Below, in pieces: positions 19,247 through 27,094 of a DNA stretch of 58,780 bases (the stretch's first letter is position 1; each line of letters begins with the position of its first letter). The stretch covers positions 1 through 58,780 of the forward strand of contig CAYGUI010000003.1 of assembly GCA_964353115.1 (NCBI GenBank), given 5' to 3'. The stretch comes from an uncultured Gammaproteobacteria bacterium (GTDB lineage: Bacteria > Pseudomonadota > Gammaproteobacteria > JAGOUU01). A program made the translations under genes and the position numbers. The notes beneath the pieces are model-generated. The model was not told the DNA's origin, searched no databases, and was given only the letters and a program-made list of their open reading frames with translations.

Positions 19247-19966
19247 CTATTTAAATCTCATTCGATTAAAATTTATTTTGGGCTTATAACGCTCTTTAGG
19301 AAAGCTATCAATAACTTCTTGCATCGCTTTATCTTCTTGCGCTTCATTAGTCACCTGATGCGACATAAAAACTGCACTAGCATTAGACTGTGCAGCAATA
19401 ATCTTTTTAAGTTCTTGTAATTGATTTACATTTTCTGCTGCAATTTCACTAGAAACTTGCAGTGCTTGCATTTGGCCAGCGGAAGATTTACTTTGAGCTT
19501 TTAAAGCCTCGATAGTCCTTTGTTGTTTTTCAAAGTTTTCCGCGCTTTTTTGTAGCAATAAAATATTATTTTTTATGGTGTCACGTGCAGTTTGCAGTTG
19601 CGCTTTATTTTGCTGATTTTTTTGCTGTAAATTATTATTTGATTGCATTTTATCTATATCAGGAAAAATTTTATTAAACTTTTCATCCGCATTTTTCATG
19701 GTGTAAGATAAAGCTTTTCCGCGTCTTGACACATCATCCATTTGATTCATTAGCCCGCTTAGATCTCTCCATTCTAATTTTTTTATATTTTTTACATTGT
19801 CTATAGCAATTTCAACTGCACGAATTTCATTTTTTAATTGCTCGTACTGCCTCACATACATTAGACCATTTTGAATGCCGTTAACTATGTCAACAACAGG
19901 AAATCCTGATGCTAAAATATTGGCTGATGCAAAGACTAATGTAGCTGCTAGTAAAGTTTTTTTCAT
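19247..19966 (-). CDS. trbJ: TrbJ/VirB5
   Basis: Signal peptide, GFPVVD, Gln-rich coiled coil, GQMQALQ. Confidence 0.85.
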   Translation of the reverse strand: MKKTLLAATLVFASANILASGFPVVDIVNGIQNGLMYVRQYEQLKNEIRAVEIAIDNVKNIKKLEWRDLSGLMNQMDDVSRRGKALSYTMKNADEKFNKIFPDIDKMQSNNNLQQKNQQNKAQLQTARDTIKNNILLLQKSAENFEKQQRTIEALKAQSKSSAGQMQALQVSSEIAAENVNQLQELKKIIAAQSNASAVFMSHQVTNEAQEDKAMQEVIDSFPKERYKPKINFNRMRFK

Positions 19967-19995
19967 CGTAAATTTCTCCTTTTTATTTATTTTAA

Positions 19996-20091
19996 AATCC
20001 CCAGCGCCGTTGGCGCTGCCCCCTTTTTCAAAGTGGGCTAATTCTCTACTTTGAAAAAGGGGAGATGTCGCCTATGGCGACAGAGGGGATT
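19996..20091. repeat. Multibranch palindromic element between trbE and trbJ
   Basis: Outer AATCCCC/GGGGATT; inner stems AGCGCC/GGCGCT, CCCTTTTTCAAAGT/ACTTTGAAAAAGGG, TGTCGCC/GGCGACA. Confidence 0.8.
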
Positions 20092-22285
20092 ACCCACACG
20101 TATATTCCTTCGCCACATCCCCAAGCTCTAAATTAAATAACCTCGAGCCATTTGGAGACTGATAATAATAGTCTCGTTTAGGTTGTGCATTTTTTATAAC
20201 TGCTATTTCCTCCGTGGTTAAGCCAAAAGATTGATAATGTTCCGATAGTAATTTTTCTTGTGCTTTACTATTTGGTAAAAATATTCGTGTGAGACAAGCT
20301 GATTGAATAGTGCTTGCTGCTTTAGAAGTCGCTATATCAGAAACATCTTGGGAGGCAATAATAACTGCAACATTAAATTTTCTTAAGGTTTTAAACCAAT
20401 CAACCAGTTTTTCCTGAAATAATGGGTGTTTCAAGTAACACCAGGCTTCCTCTAGTACTAGTAAGGTTCTCTTTTTTTCGCGAAACAACAAGTCTAACTG
20501 ATTGAATATTGCTGTAATTACTGGTAACGCGATGTTTTTTTGATTATCATCCAGGAAATTTCCTAGCTCAAAGCCTAAAATATCTAAATTATTAAGATTA
20601 TTTTCAGTGCCATTTAATAAGTATTTAAAAATTCCTTGGTTTAAAGTATCAATAGCAATGCGCAGTTCTTGGTCTTGTAAACTCAAATGCTCTAGATTTT
20701 TATATTCTTGTGGCTCAGTAGCTAATCTTGTAACAGCTTCAAACAATATTTTTTGTCTGTCAGCATCGACAATAACTCCTTTAGACTCACAGCAAATACG
20801 CAACCATTCTGTTGCTAGGCTAATCTGATAATCATTGCCAGGATTGATTTGTGCTAATGGAGATAGTTGAAAGTCTTTTTGCATTAAATCAAAATAATTA
20901 CCATCTAAGGCTTTAATGATTTTTTTATTTGAATAATCTTTATCTAAAACAATAATTCTAGAATCATCATATTTTCTGTGTGCTGCAATTAAATTCGCCA
21001 ACAAGGTACTTTTGCCTGTTCCAGTTGGCCCAAGAATTGCAGTGTGACCTACATCTCCCACATGTAAACTTAAATAAAATGGTCGCGAGCCTTTAGTTAC
21101 AGTTTGTAGTAAATAATCTGGCTCGCCGCTGTACACTGAGCTTATGGGTAAAACATGGCTGGCAAATTTACTGTCAATAAGCATTTTGCGTAAATTATAT
21201 TCACCATGACCGGGCAGGCTACCTAAGTATGCCGCGCAAGCATTTACAGTCTCGATTCTGGCTTTAAAATTTAACTGTTGAATATGATTAATAATTTCTT
21301 GGGAAATGTTTTTTAATTTAATTAAATCTTCGCCCTGTAAAATCAATACCGAACTATAAAAACCAAAAGTTAAATTGCCGCTTTCATTTTCGCATTGTAA
21401 ATCTCTTAGATTATCTGCGGTATTTTGTGCATCTTCATTTAACTGCACGCTAAGCCCCATCGACTCACGGATAATACCGAAAATGCCAATAGCTTTTGAC
21501 GACCAGTTTTTAGTGTGTTTTTTTAAATAATTTTGTGCTGCATCTTTACCTAGCGGTATAAATCTTGAAGAAAAGCGATAATTTATCGATAAATAACTTA
21601 AATTTTCTAAAATTGCCGGATAACTTGCAGCTGGGATATCATCGATAGAAATAGTTAAGATATTTTTATTATTAATTTTTGGCTCAAACCCGGTAGTAAA
21701 ATCATAAGCTAAATAATTATCTAAAAATGCTCCTTGAAAAGGCTTTTGTAGCTTGTTATTGCTGCCTGTTATGCAGGTGTTTAAAAAAGATACTAAATCA
21801 GTATCTTCGAGAGCATTAATAGATAATAAGCTACGCGCTAAAAAACTAATAAATTCTTCAGTCTTATCATTGAAAAATTTACTGAAATCACTAGTGTAAT
21901 TATCTAGAGCTATTTTTGATAATCTATTCTGAGCTTCAATATTTTGTTTGAAGCTGATAGATAAAATATATTTTGTATCAACAATCTGTGAGCTTTCACA
22001 GCGTTCCTTGTTAATTTCCCGTGCTACTTTTTCTTTATATTGATGATTATTAATATTTTTTTGTGCTTGGCTAATTATATTAGTTTCCAGCATCCAACCA
22101 TCGCCTAAAAAACTAAATGCCTGCTGCCAGGTACTACTTAAAAAATCAATATCATCTTCTGACATAGAATCAATATCTGGCGCTTTATAACTAAAATGAC
22201 GCGATAAAGATCCGTCTTTGTGTAGTACCGTTTTTGAATCAATTAGTAATAAGTAATTTAATAACTCGCTAAATCCTTGTTTCAC
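20090..22285 (-). CDS. trbE: TrbE/VirB4 ATPase
   Basis: KDGS, GSLPGH, LHVGDVGHT, Walker A GPTGTGKS, EEAW, KTLRK. Confidence 0.93.
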   Translation of the reverse strand: MKQGFSELLNYLLLIDSKTVLHKDGSLSRHFSYKAPDIDSMSEDDIDFLSSTWQQAFSFLGDGWMLETNIISQAQKNINNHQYKEKVAREINKERCESSQIVDTKYILSISFKQNIEAQNRLSKIALDNYTSDFSKFFNDKTEEFISFLARSLLSINALEDTDLVSFLNTCITGSNNKLQKPFQGAFLDNYLAYDFTTGFEPKINNKNILTISIDDIPAASYPAILENLSYLSINYRFSSRFIPLGKDAAQNYLKKHTKNWSSKAIGIFGIIRESMGLSVQLNEDAQNTADNLRDLQCENESGNLTFGFYSSVLILQGEDLIKLKNISQEIINHIQQLNFKARIETVNACAAYLGSLPGHGEYNLRKMLIDSKFASHVLPISSVYSGEPDYLLQTVTKGSRPFYLSLHVGDVGHTAILGPTGTGKSTLLANLIAAHRKYDDSRIIVLDKDYSNKKIIKALDGNYFDLMQKDFQLSPLAQINPGNDYQISLATEWLRICCESKGVIVDADRQKILFEAVTRLATEPQEYKNLEHLSLQDQELRIAIDTLNQGIFKYLLNGTENNLNNLDILGFELGNFLDDNQKNIALPVITAIFNQLDLLFREKKRTLLVLEEAWCYLKHPLFQEKLVDWFKTLRKFNVAVIIASQDVSDIATSKAASTIQSACLTRIFLPNSKAQEKLLSEHYQSFGLTTEEIAVIKNAQPKRDYYYQSPNGSRLFNLELGDVAKEYTCG

Positions 22286-22563
22286 ACTAATCCTCCAATT
22301 GCAGGATAAAACTTGGTTAAATTAAACTTCATATTTTGTTTGATTAATGCTGCCAGATACACATCGTAATTGGTTAAAATCTTAGTTATAAAGTGCATGA
22401 CAATAAACAAACCCACACCTATAAACACAGCAGGAAATCTAAAATGACTGGCAGCTAATAAAGGAAAAGAGATTAAAAAATTCATGCTAATCCATTTTTT
22501 ATGCACGCCAAAAACTAAGATAGGGCGGCTCAGTGCTTTGTTAACCATGCTGACATTTTTCAT
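22282..22563 (-). CDS. trbD: TrbD/VirB3
   Basis: KALSRPILVFGV and two TMs; start ATG 22563 overlaps the trbC stop (ATGA). Confidence 0.8.
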   Translation of the reverse strand: MKNVSMVNKALSRPILVFGVHKKWISMNFLISFPLLAASHFRFPAVFIGVGLFIVMHFITKILTNYDVYLAALIKQNMKFNLTKFYPAIGGLV

Positions 22564-22850
22564 GAAATAACTGCTCCTGAAAATCCTAAAAAATTTGTAA
22601 CTATCTGAGTTGAGAAAACTGCTAAAGATATTCCACAACATGATTGTAATAATCCTTTTGCCCCACTTTGTAAATCTGTAAAAGCAATAACAAAGCCGCA
22701 AACAGCAATGGAAATAATCGCTAATGAATATGCAATATTTCCCGATAAGGCGCCAATTATTTTAGTAAATACTCCGTCTAGCTCATGAAGCCCATCTGAG
22801 GCAAAAGTGTTTTGTGTGAATATAGCCAATAAAATTAAATACTTTTTCAT
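22560..22850 (-). CDS. trbC: TrbC/VirB2 pilin
   Basis: Signal peptide, two hydrophobic helices, FSGAVI C-terminus. Confidence 0.82.
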   Translation of the reverse strand: MKKYLILLAIFTQNTFASDGLHELDGVFTKIIGALSGNIAYSLAIISIAVCGFVIAFTDLQSGAKGLLQSCCGISLAVFSTQIVTNFLGFSGAVIS

Positions 22851-23776
22851 AAAATCTCCGTTAAGTTAAATCGTTTAGTTTTAGAATCAAAGCTTTCAAC
22901 TTCTGCAATACTCGTCACTTTGCGTTTACCGTTTTCTACCGCTATTTGCACAATGATGTTAATTGTCGCTGCAATAAGTGCGTATGGTGGATTGGCAACA
23001 GCCTCCATGCATAAATCAATAATTCGCTGAATAGCAAGCTTAGGAGTATTTGCGTGAATTGTTGCTAGGCCGCCAGGGCATCCAGTGTTAAATGCTTTTA
23101 GCATATCTAACGCTGCGCTATCTCGCACCTCCCCGATCACAATTCTGTCTGGCGTGTTACGCATGCAGATCCATAGAAGTTTATTCATGTTCACTGTTGT
23201 ACTTTCTTGCATCTTTTTAGTATTTTTTAATGCACATTCGAGCTCAGGAATTTGTTCTAAAATTAAAATTCTGTGCCCTCCACTTTCAACTTCTGATATT
23301 TTTTTTAAAATTGCGTTTACAAAAGTTGTCTTGCCAGATGCTGGAGCTCCGCTAACTAAAATATTTTTACGAGACTTAATTGCATCGACTAAAAAATGAA
23401 ATTGTTCTAAATTTAAAACATCTTGCTGCACGTATTCTTTGAGTGATATTTCTTTTGTCGTTTTAAGGCGAATATTAAACGAAATTCCAGGAGTTATTGG
23501 TGAAGTAGTAACGTTGATCCTCTCTCCACCAAAAGGTAAAATTTCATCCAAATACGGCGTTTTATCTGAAATGAATTTTCCAGAATAATTTGCAACGGCG
23601 TGAACAAAATTTTCTGCTTCAGTTTGCGACATTGATCCTGCTTGCATGTTGCCATGCTGCGCATGTTTAAACCAAACATCCCCATTTGGGTTTAACATAA
23701 TTTCTTGAATGCCAGGAAGCGCAAATCCTTCTTGAACTATTAACCCCATTTTTTGCCATAAATATTCTTGTTGCAT
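22847..23776 (-). CDS. trbB: TrbB/VirB11 ATPase
   Basis: EIMLNP.G, Walker A GAPASGKTT, PDRIVIGEVR, NTG.PG..TIHAN. Confidence 0.92.
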   Translation of the reverse strand: MQQEYLWQKMGLIVQEGFALPGIQEIMLNPNGDVWFKHAQHGNMQAGSMSQTEAENFVHAVANYSGKFISDKTPYLDEILPFGGERINVTTSPITPGISFNIRLKTTKEISLKEYVQQDVLNLEQFHFLVDAIKSRKNILVSGAPASGKTTFVNAILKKISEVESGGHRILILEQIPELECALKNTKKMQESTTVNMNKLLWICMRNTPDRIVIGEVRDSAALDMLKAFNTGCPGGLATIHANTPKLAIQRIIDLCMEAVANPPYALIAATINIIVQIAVENGKRKVTSIAEVESFDSKTKRFNLTEIL

Positions 23777-24762
23777 TATTGTTTCCTGATTCCTACTGAT
23801 CTCATTGCTTGCTGCATCATCAAATTAACTTTTGCTTTTTCTTCAGCGCTTAATACTTTTCGTTCTTTAACTTCCGCAGGTTTGTGGTAATTAGCGCTTT
23901 GCCCTTTTGGTGCTTTAAGATTAACCTCGTCTTCCCAGCGCTTATCACGAAGCCAGGTGTCAGGATCTGGCCATTGAGGTGTGAACTCGTTATTTTGTTT
24001 TTTGATTTTTTTTGCTTGCGCTTGATTGTTTAGAGCGCTAAGAATTTTCTCTAGATTTTCAGAATTGATATTGGCATTAAAAAAACTGTCTTGAGCTTTT
24101 TGTTTTTTGATTGGCTTATCGGTTACTTCAGACCACTTGTTCCAGAATTTTTCAAAATAATCACACGCGCTCTCTTTGTGTGTAATCTTTGTAGTAGTCT
24201 TTGTATATAGTATATCGCTTTGGTTTGTACGTCCCGGCTGATCACTTTGTACTTCCGGGTTGCACATTTGTATATCTGGGGATGTACATTTGGTAGGTTC
24301 CGTTGGTACATTTGTACACTCGGTATTGTTAGATTTGTTGTAGTGATTATCAAGCCATGTATCGACCCTATCAGGGTGAAATAAAAAATATCTGGTACTG
24401 TCAAAGGCGTAACGAGGATTTGGATTTTTATGAATACTAACAAACCCCATTTTCAATATTATTTGCAGTGCTTTTTCAACTTTTCTACGGCCAAAACCCA
24501 TCAAGCTTTTTTGTAGATCATCCATCGTATGCCACTGAAATAATGACTCTATCTGCTGGCGATTGTCTCCATGTCGTTCAGCTATATCATTATATTTCTT
24601 GGCTTGCGAATATTGGTCCAATTTGATATTGTGCCAATATTCGAATAGATTTAAGAGAGCAGCGGCAACAAAGTCATTTTCACATGCGGCAACATAGCTT
24701 TCTCGTGTTATGACTAAGCGTTCTTTGGCTGGATGGTTTTTAACACATGAGGTTCTTGGCAT
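23776..24762 (-). CDS. Phage-type replication initiator (lambda O / replisome-organiser-like)
   Basis: N-terminal winged helix, repeat-rich linker, YTKTTTKIT, FEKFW...K..K..A...F, P.TWL...RWEDE; GGAGG RBS. Confidence 0.75.
   Translation of the reverse strand: MPRTSCVKNHPAKERLVITRESYVAACENDFVAAALLNLFEYWHNIKLDQYSQAKKYNDIAERHGDNRQQIESLFQWHTMDDLQKSLMGFGRRKVEKALQIILKMGFVSIHKNPNPRYAFDSTRYFLFHPDRVDTWLDNHYNKSNNTECTNVPTEPTKCTSPDIQMCNPEVQSDQPGRTNQSDILYTKTTTKITHKESACDYFEKFWNKWSEVTDKPIKKQKAQDSFFNANINSENLEKILSALNNQAQAKKIKKQNNEFTPQWPDPDTWLRDKRWEDEVNLKAPKGQSANYHKPAEVKERKVLSAEEKAKVNLMMQQAMRSVGIRKQ
24224..24324. repeat. Iteron-like array inside the initiator gene (candidate oriV)
   Basis: TTTG(T/G)TA-type units at 24224, 24246, 24267, 24289, 24311 (spacing 22/21/22/22). 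Confidence 0.65.
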
Positions 24763-24796
24763 ATGTGCCTCCTTGCTGTTTTGTCGATTTTTGTTT

Positions 24797-24834
24797 ACAA
24801 TTTAAATGTACAACAAAAAATGTATTTTTGTCAA
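24797..24834 (-). promoter_or_regulatory. Leftward promoter/operator for the rep-trb operon
   Basis: TTGACA-N18-TACATT with a TACA-N8-TGTA palindrome between the boxes; 28/29 inverted match to 25552-25580. Confidence 0.75.
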
Positions 24835-24854
24835 GATTGAACTAGAATTTTTTT

Positions 24855-25514
24855 ATGAAAACATTAGCAGAGCGTATAAAATTAGTAATGAAAGAGTCTG
24901 GAATGACTCAAGTCTCATTAGCAGATAAAATTGGCGTTAAACAACAGACTGTACAATCAATTTGCTCCGGTCGAATTAAGCGTTCGCGTTATACGCATGA
25001 TATCGCTGATAAATTGGGTGTAAATCATGATTGGCTATTAAGTGGGGATGGCGATAAATGGTTACAAAATGACGAAGGAGCTTTAATAAATCCCCCTGTT
25101 AAATATGTTCCTATTTTGCGATGGGAAGAGTCTGCAGAATGGGATGAGCTCAGAAACACTCCTAATGCCTTGAAAAACCATACTTTATTGCCAGTTATTG
25201 GCGATGTAAACCCTTCTTCTTTTGCTTTGCAAGTTACTGGTGACAGTATGTTATCAGATGATAGTTATAGTATTCCAGATGGCAGTATTATTATTGTTGA
25301 TCCGGTTAAGGAGCCAGAGCATAAGTCATTAGTTGTTGTTTCGATACCTGAAACAGATGATATTATTTTGCGTTTGCTTAGCGTTGAAGGAAGTAAACGG
25401 TATCTAAAAGCATCTAATACATCTTATCCTGATGCTGTTATAGAATTTCCTCGAAATGGAAAGATGTTAGGTGTTGTATCTATGAGTCTACGGTCGTTCA
25501 TTAACTTTTTTTAA
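24855..25514 (+). CDS. CI/LexA-like repressor (HTH_3 + S24)
   Basis: TLAERIK...TQVSLADKIGVKQQTV HTH; FALQVTGDSM; IVDP. Confidence 0.9.
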   Translation: MKTLAERIKLVMKESGMTQVSLADKIGVKQQTVQSICSGRIKRSRYTHDIADKLGVNHDWLLSGDGDKWLQNDEGALINPPVKYVPILRWEESAEWDELRNTPNALKNHTLLPVIGDVNPSSFALQVTGDSMLSDDSYSIPDGSIIIVDPVKEPEHKSLVVVSIPETDDIILRLLSVEGSKRYLKASNTSYPDAVIEFPRNGKMLGVVSMSLRSFINFF

Positions 25515-25543
25515 AGTGTTTTAACATTTCTGTTGTTTTTTTC

Positions 25544-25580
25544 TTGCATCTATACATTTTTTGTTGTACATTTAGATTGT
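25544..25580 (+). promoter_or_regulatory. Rightward promoter/operator for the xis-like gene
   Basis: TTGCAT-N17-TACATT with the same TACATTTTTTGTTGTA element. Confidence 0.75.
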
Positions 25581-25606
25581 GGATTAACAATTAATGGAGA
25601 CGACAG

Positions 25607-25804
25607 ATGGAAATTAAAAAAGTGTTAACGGAAATGGAAGCGGCAAATTACATTTGCATGAGCCGTTCTTTCTTGGCTCAAGATCGTATGAATGGCCAAT
25701 ATAAAAATCGTACTGCTGGTCCCAAATATATGAAAATTGGCCGTGCTATTCGTTATTTGCTTGATGATCTGGATTCTTGGTTAATGCTGCATCGTTGTGG
25801 CTAA
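25607..25804 (+). CDS. AlpA/excisionase-like HTH protein
   Basis: LTE.EAA.YI.MSRSFL, GP.Y.KIGRAIRY...DLD.W; GGAG RBS. Confidence 0.85.
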   Translation: MEIKKVLTEMEAANYICMSRSFLAQDRMNGQYKNRTAGPKYMKIGRAIRYLLDDLDSWLMLHRCG

Positions 25805-25884
25805 AACCATCATTACGCCCAGGCGCGTATTAGCGCCTGCGGTGGAATCAAAACAAAATCTAAATAAAAAACTTCAAATCTATC

Positions 25885-27027
25885 ATGCTATCCCGAGAAA
25901 TAAACAATAAAGTACAACACTTTACTCAATTTAAATACAAAGTTTCCAATTCGGTATATTACACTACTCACCTCTTATCTTTTCTAGGATTTATAATCAG
26001 TATTTCATACACTGGTATTTATGGCTGGCAGCAAGGAATTACTTTTTATGAAAAGATTTGTAATTGCTCGGCTTATATTATTGCTGATGCGATGCTCGCC
26101 TTTTTTTGCGCTTATTTAGGTGCTTTTAATGCACATCGATCATGTAAGTTACGAATTTGGCAAATGCGTTTAATCGGCTTTGTATTGTTCTGCTTATCGA
26201 TTGTTGCAATGGTTTCCGATTTGGCATCACAACATGATCTTTCGAATCAACAAATAGCTTCGTCCTATGTTAAAACTTTAAATGATCAATATACTGGCAG
26301 TTTGGATACAGAAAATAGGCTTAAAAAAGCTATAGAAAAATTAGACCCCCTATCCCAACCTGGTAATTATCGTCAGATATCACGACATTTATCTGATATA
26401 ACATTGCAAAAAAGAGAGATTTTACACCGCCTTCCAAAGCCTGAAGTTTCTTCTGTTAACAGCTTAAACTCCTGGTTAGCTCAAAGATTTGAGCTGGCTG
26501 AAAAGTCAGTAAATATTATTATTAAGGCTATTTGGGCCATTTTCTTTATTGCTGGATTTACAGTTATAGCATCAACTGGTGCTAGTCAGTACTGTGATGC
26601 CAGCCTTTTTCATTTTATTTCAAAGCAGCAAAGATTGGCTTTGAAAGCTATTAGAAAGCAAGCCAATTTTAATAGGAAGCTAGCACAAGCAACAGGAGAG
26701 CTAGATGGAAGCAAGAATGAGCAAGGTGGAAGCCAAAAGAAGCAACCAGGAAGCCAAAAGAAGCAGACACGAAGCATAGCTAAATTATCTTTAAAACCAA
26801 AGGGTTCTGGTAATTTTGGCGGAAGGCAAATTTCAACTTGGGTCGCCAACTATAAATACAAAAATATAGTCAAGTCGCTGAGTCAGAGCAAGGGAAACCC
26901 ATCACAGCGTAAGCTCCAGGATGTTTATGCGCTGACTAAAGAGCAGGCTAAATTGATGATAGGGTGGATGTTGGTTGATGGGGTTATTCGGCAGCAGGCT
27001 AATAGACAATATAGGTGGATAAATTAG
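25885..27027 (+). CDS. Membrane protein with coiled coil and C-terminal winged-helix-like domain
   Basis: About 4 TM segments, coiled coil, C-terminal PSQRKLQ...A..MI..M...GVI. Confidence 0.6.
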   Translation: MLSREINNKVQHFTQFKYKVSNSVYYTTHLLSFLGFIISISYTGIYGWQQGITFYEKICNCSAYIIADAMLAFFCAYLGAFNAHRSCKLRIWQMRLIGFVLFCLSIVAMVSDLASQHDLSNQQIASSYVKTLNDQYTGSLDTENRLKKAIEKLDPLSQPGNYRQISRHLSDITLQKREILHRLPKPEVSSVNSLNSWLAQRFELAEKSVNIIIKAIWAIFFIAGFTVIASTGASQYCDASLFHFISKQQRLALKAIRKQANFNRKLAQATGELDGSKNEQGGSQKKQPGSQKKQTRSIAKLSLKPKGSGNFGGRQISTWVANYKYKNIVKSLSQSKGNPSQRKLQDVYALTKEQAKLMIGWMLVDGVIRQQANRQYRWIN

Positions 27028-27094
27028 TTTTAAGTTTTGTTTTTTATAAAATTAAGGTATTATCATTTTAATGAAATGATTTCAAATATTTTTT

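Noticed and set aside
19996-20091. tRNA or other ncRNA gene
   Set aside because: Cloverleaf-like, but no T-loop or D-loop consensus and no CCA; fits a palindromic repeat better
22564-22701. N-terminal extension of TrbD
   Set aside because: Lies inside trbC in another frame; the ATGA overlap at 22563 is the better start
23776-25804. Prophage
   Set aside because: Repressor, initiator and xis are phage-like, but no terminase, capsid, tail or lysis genes lie between the att sites
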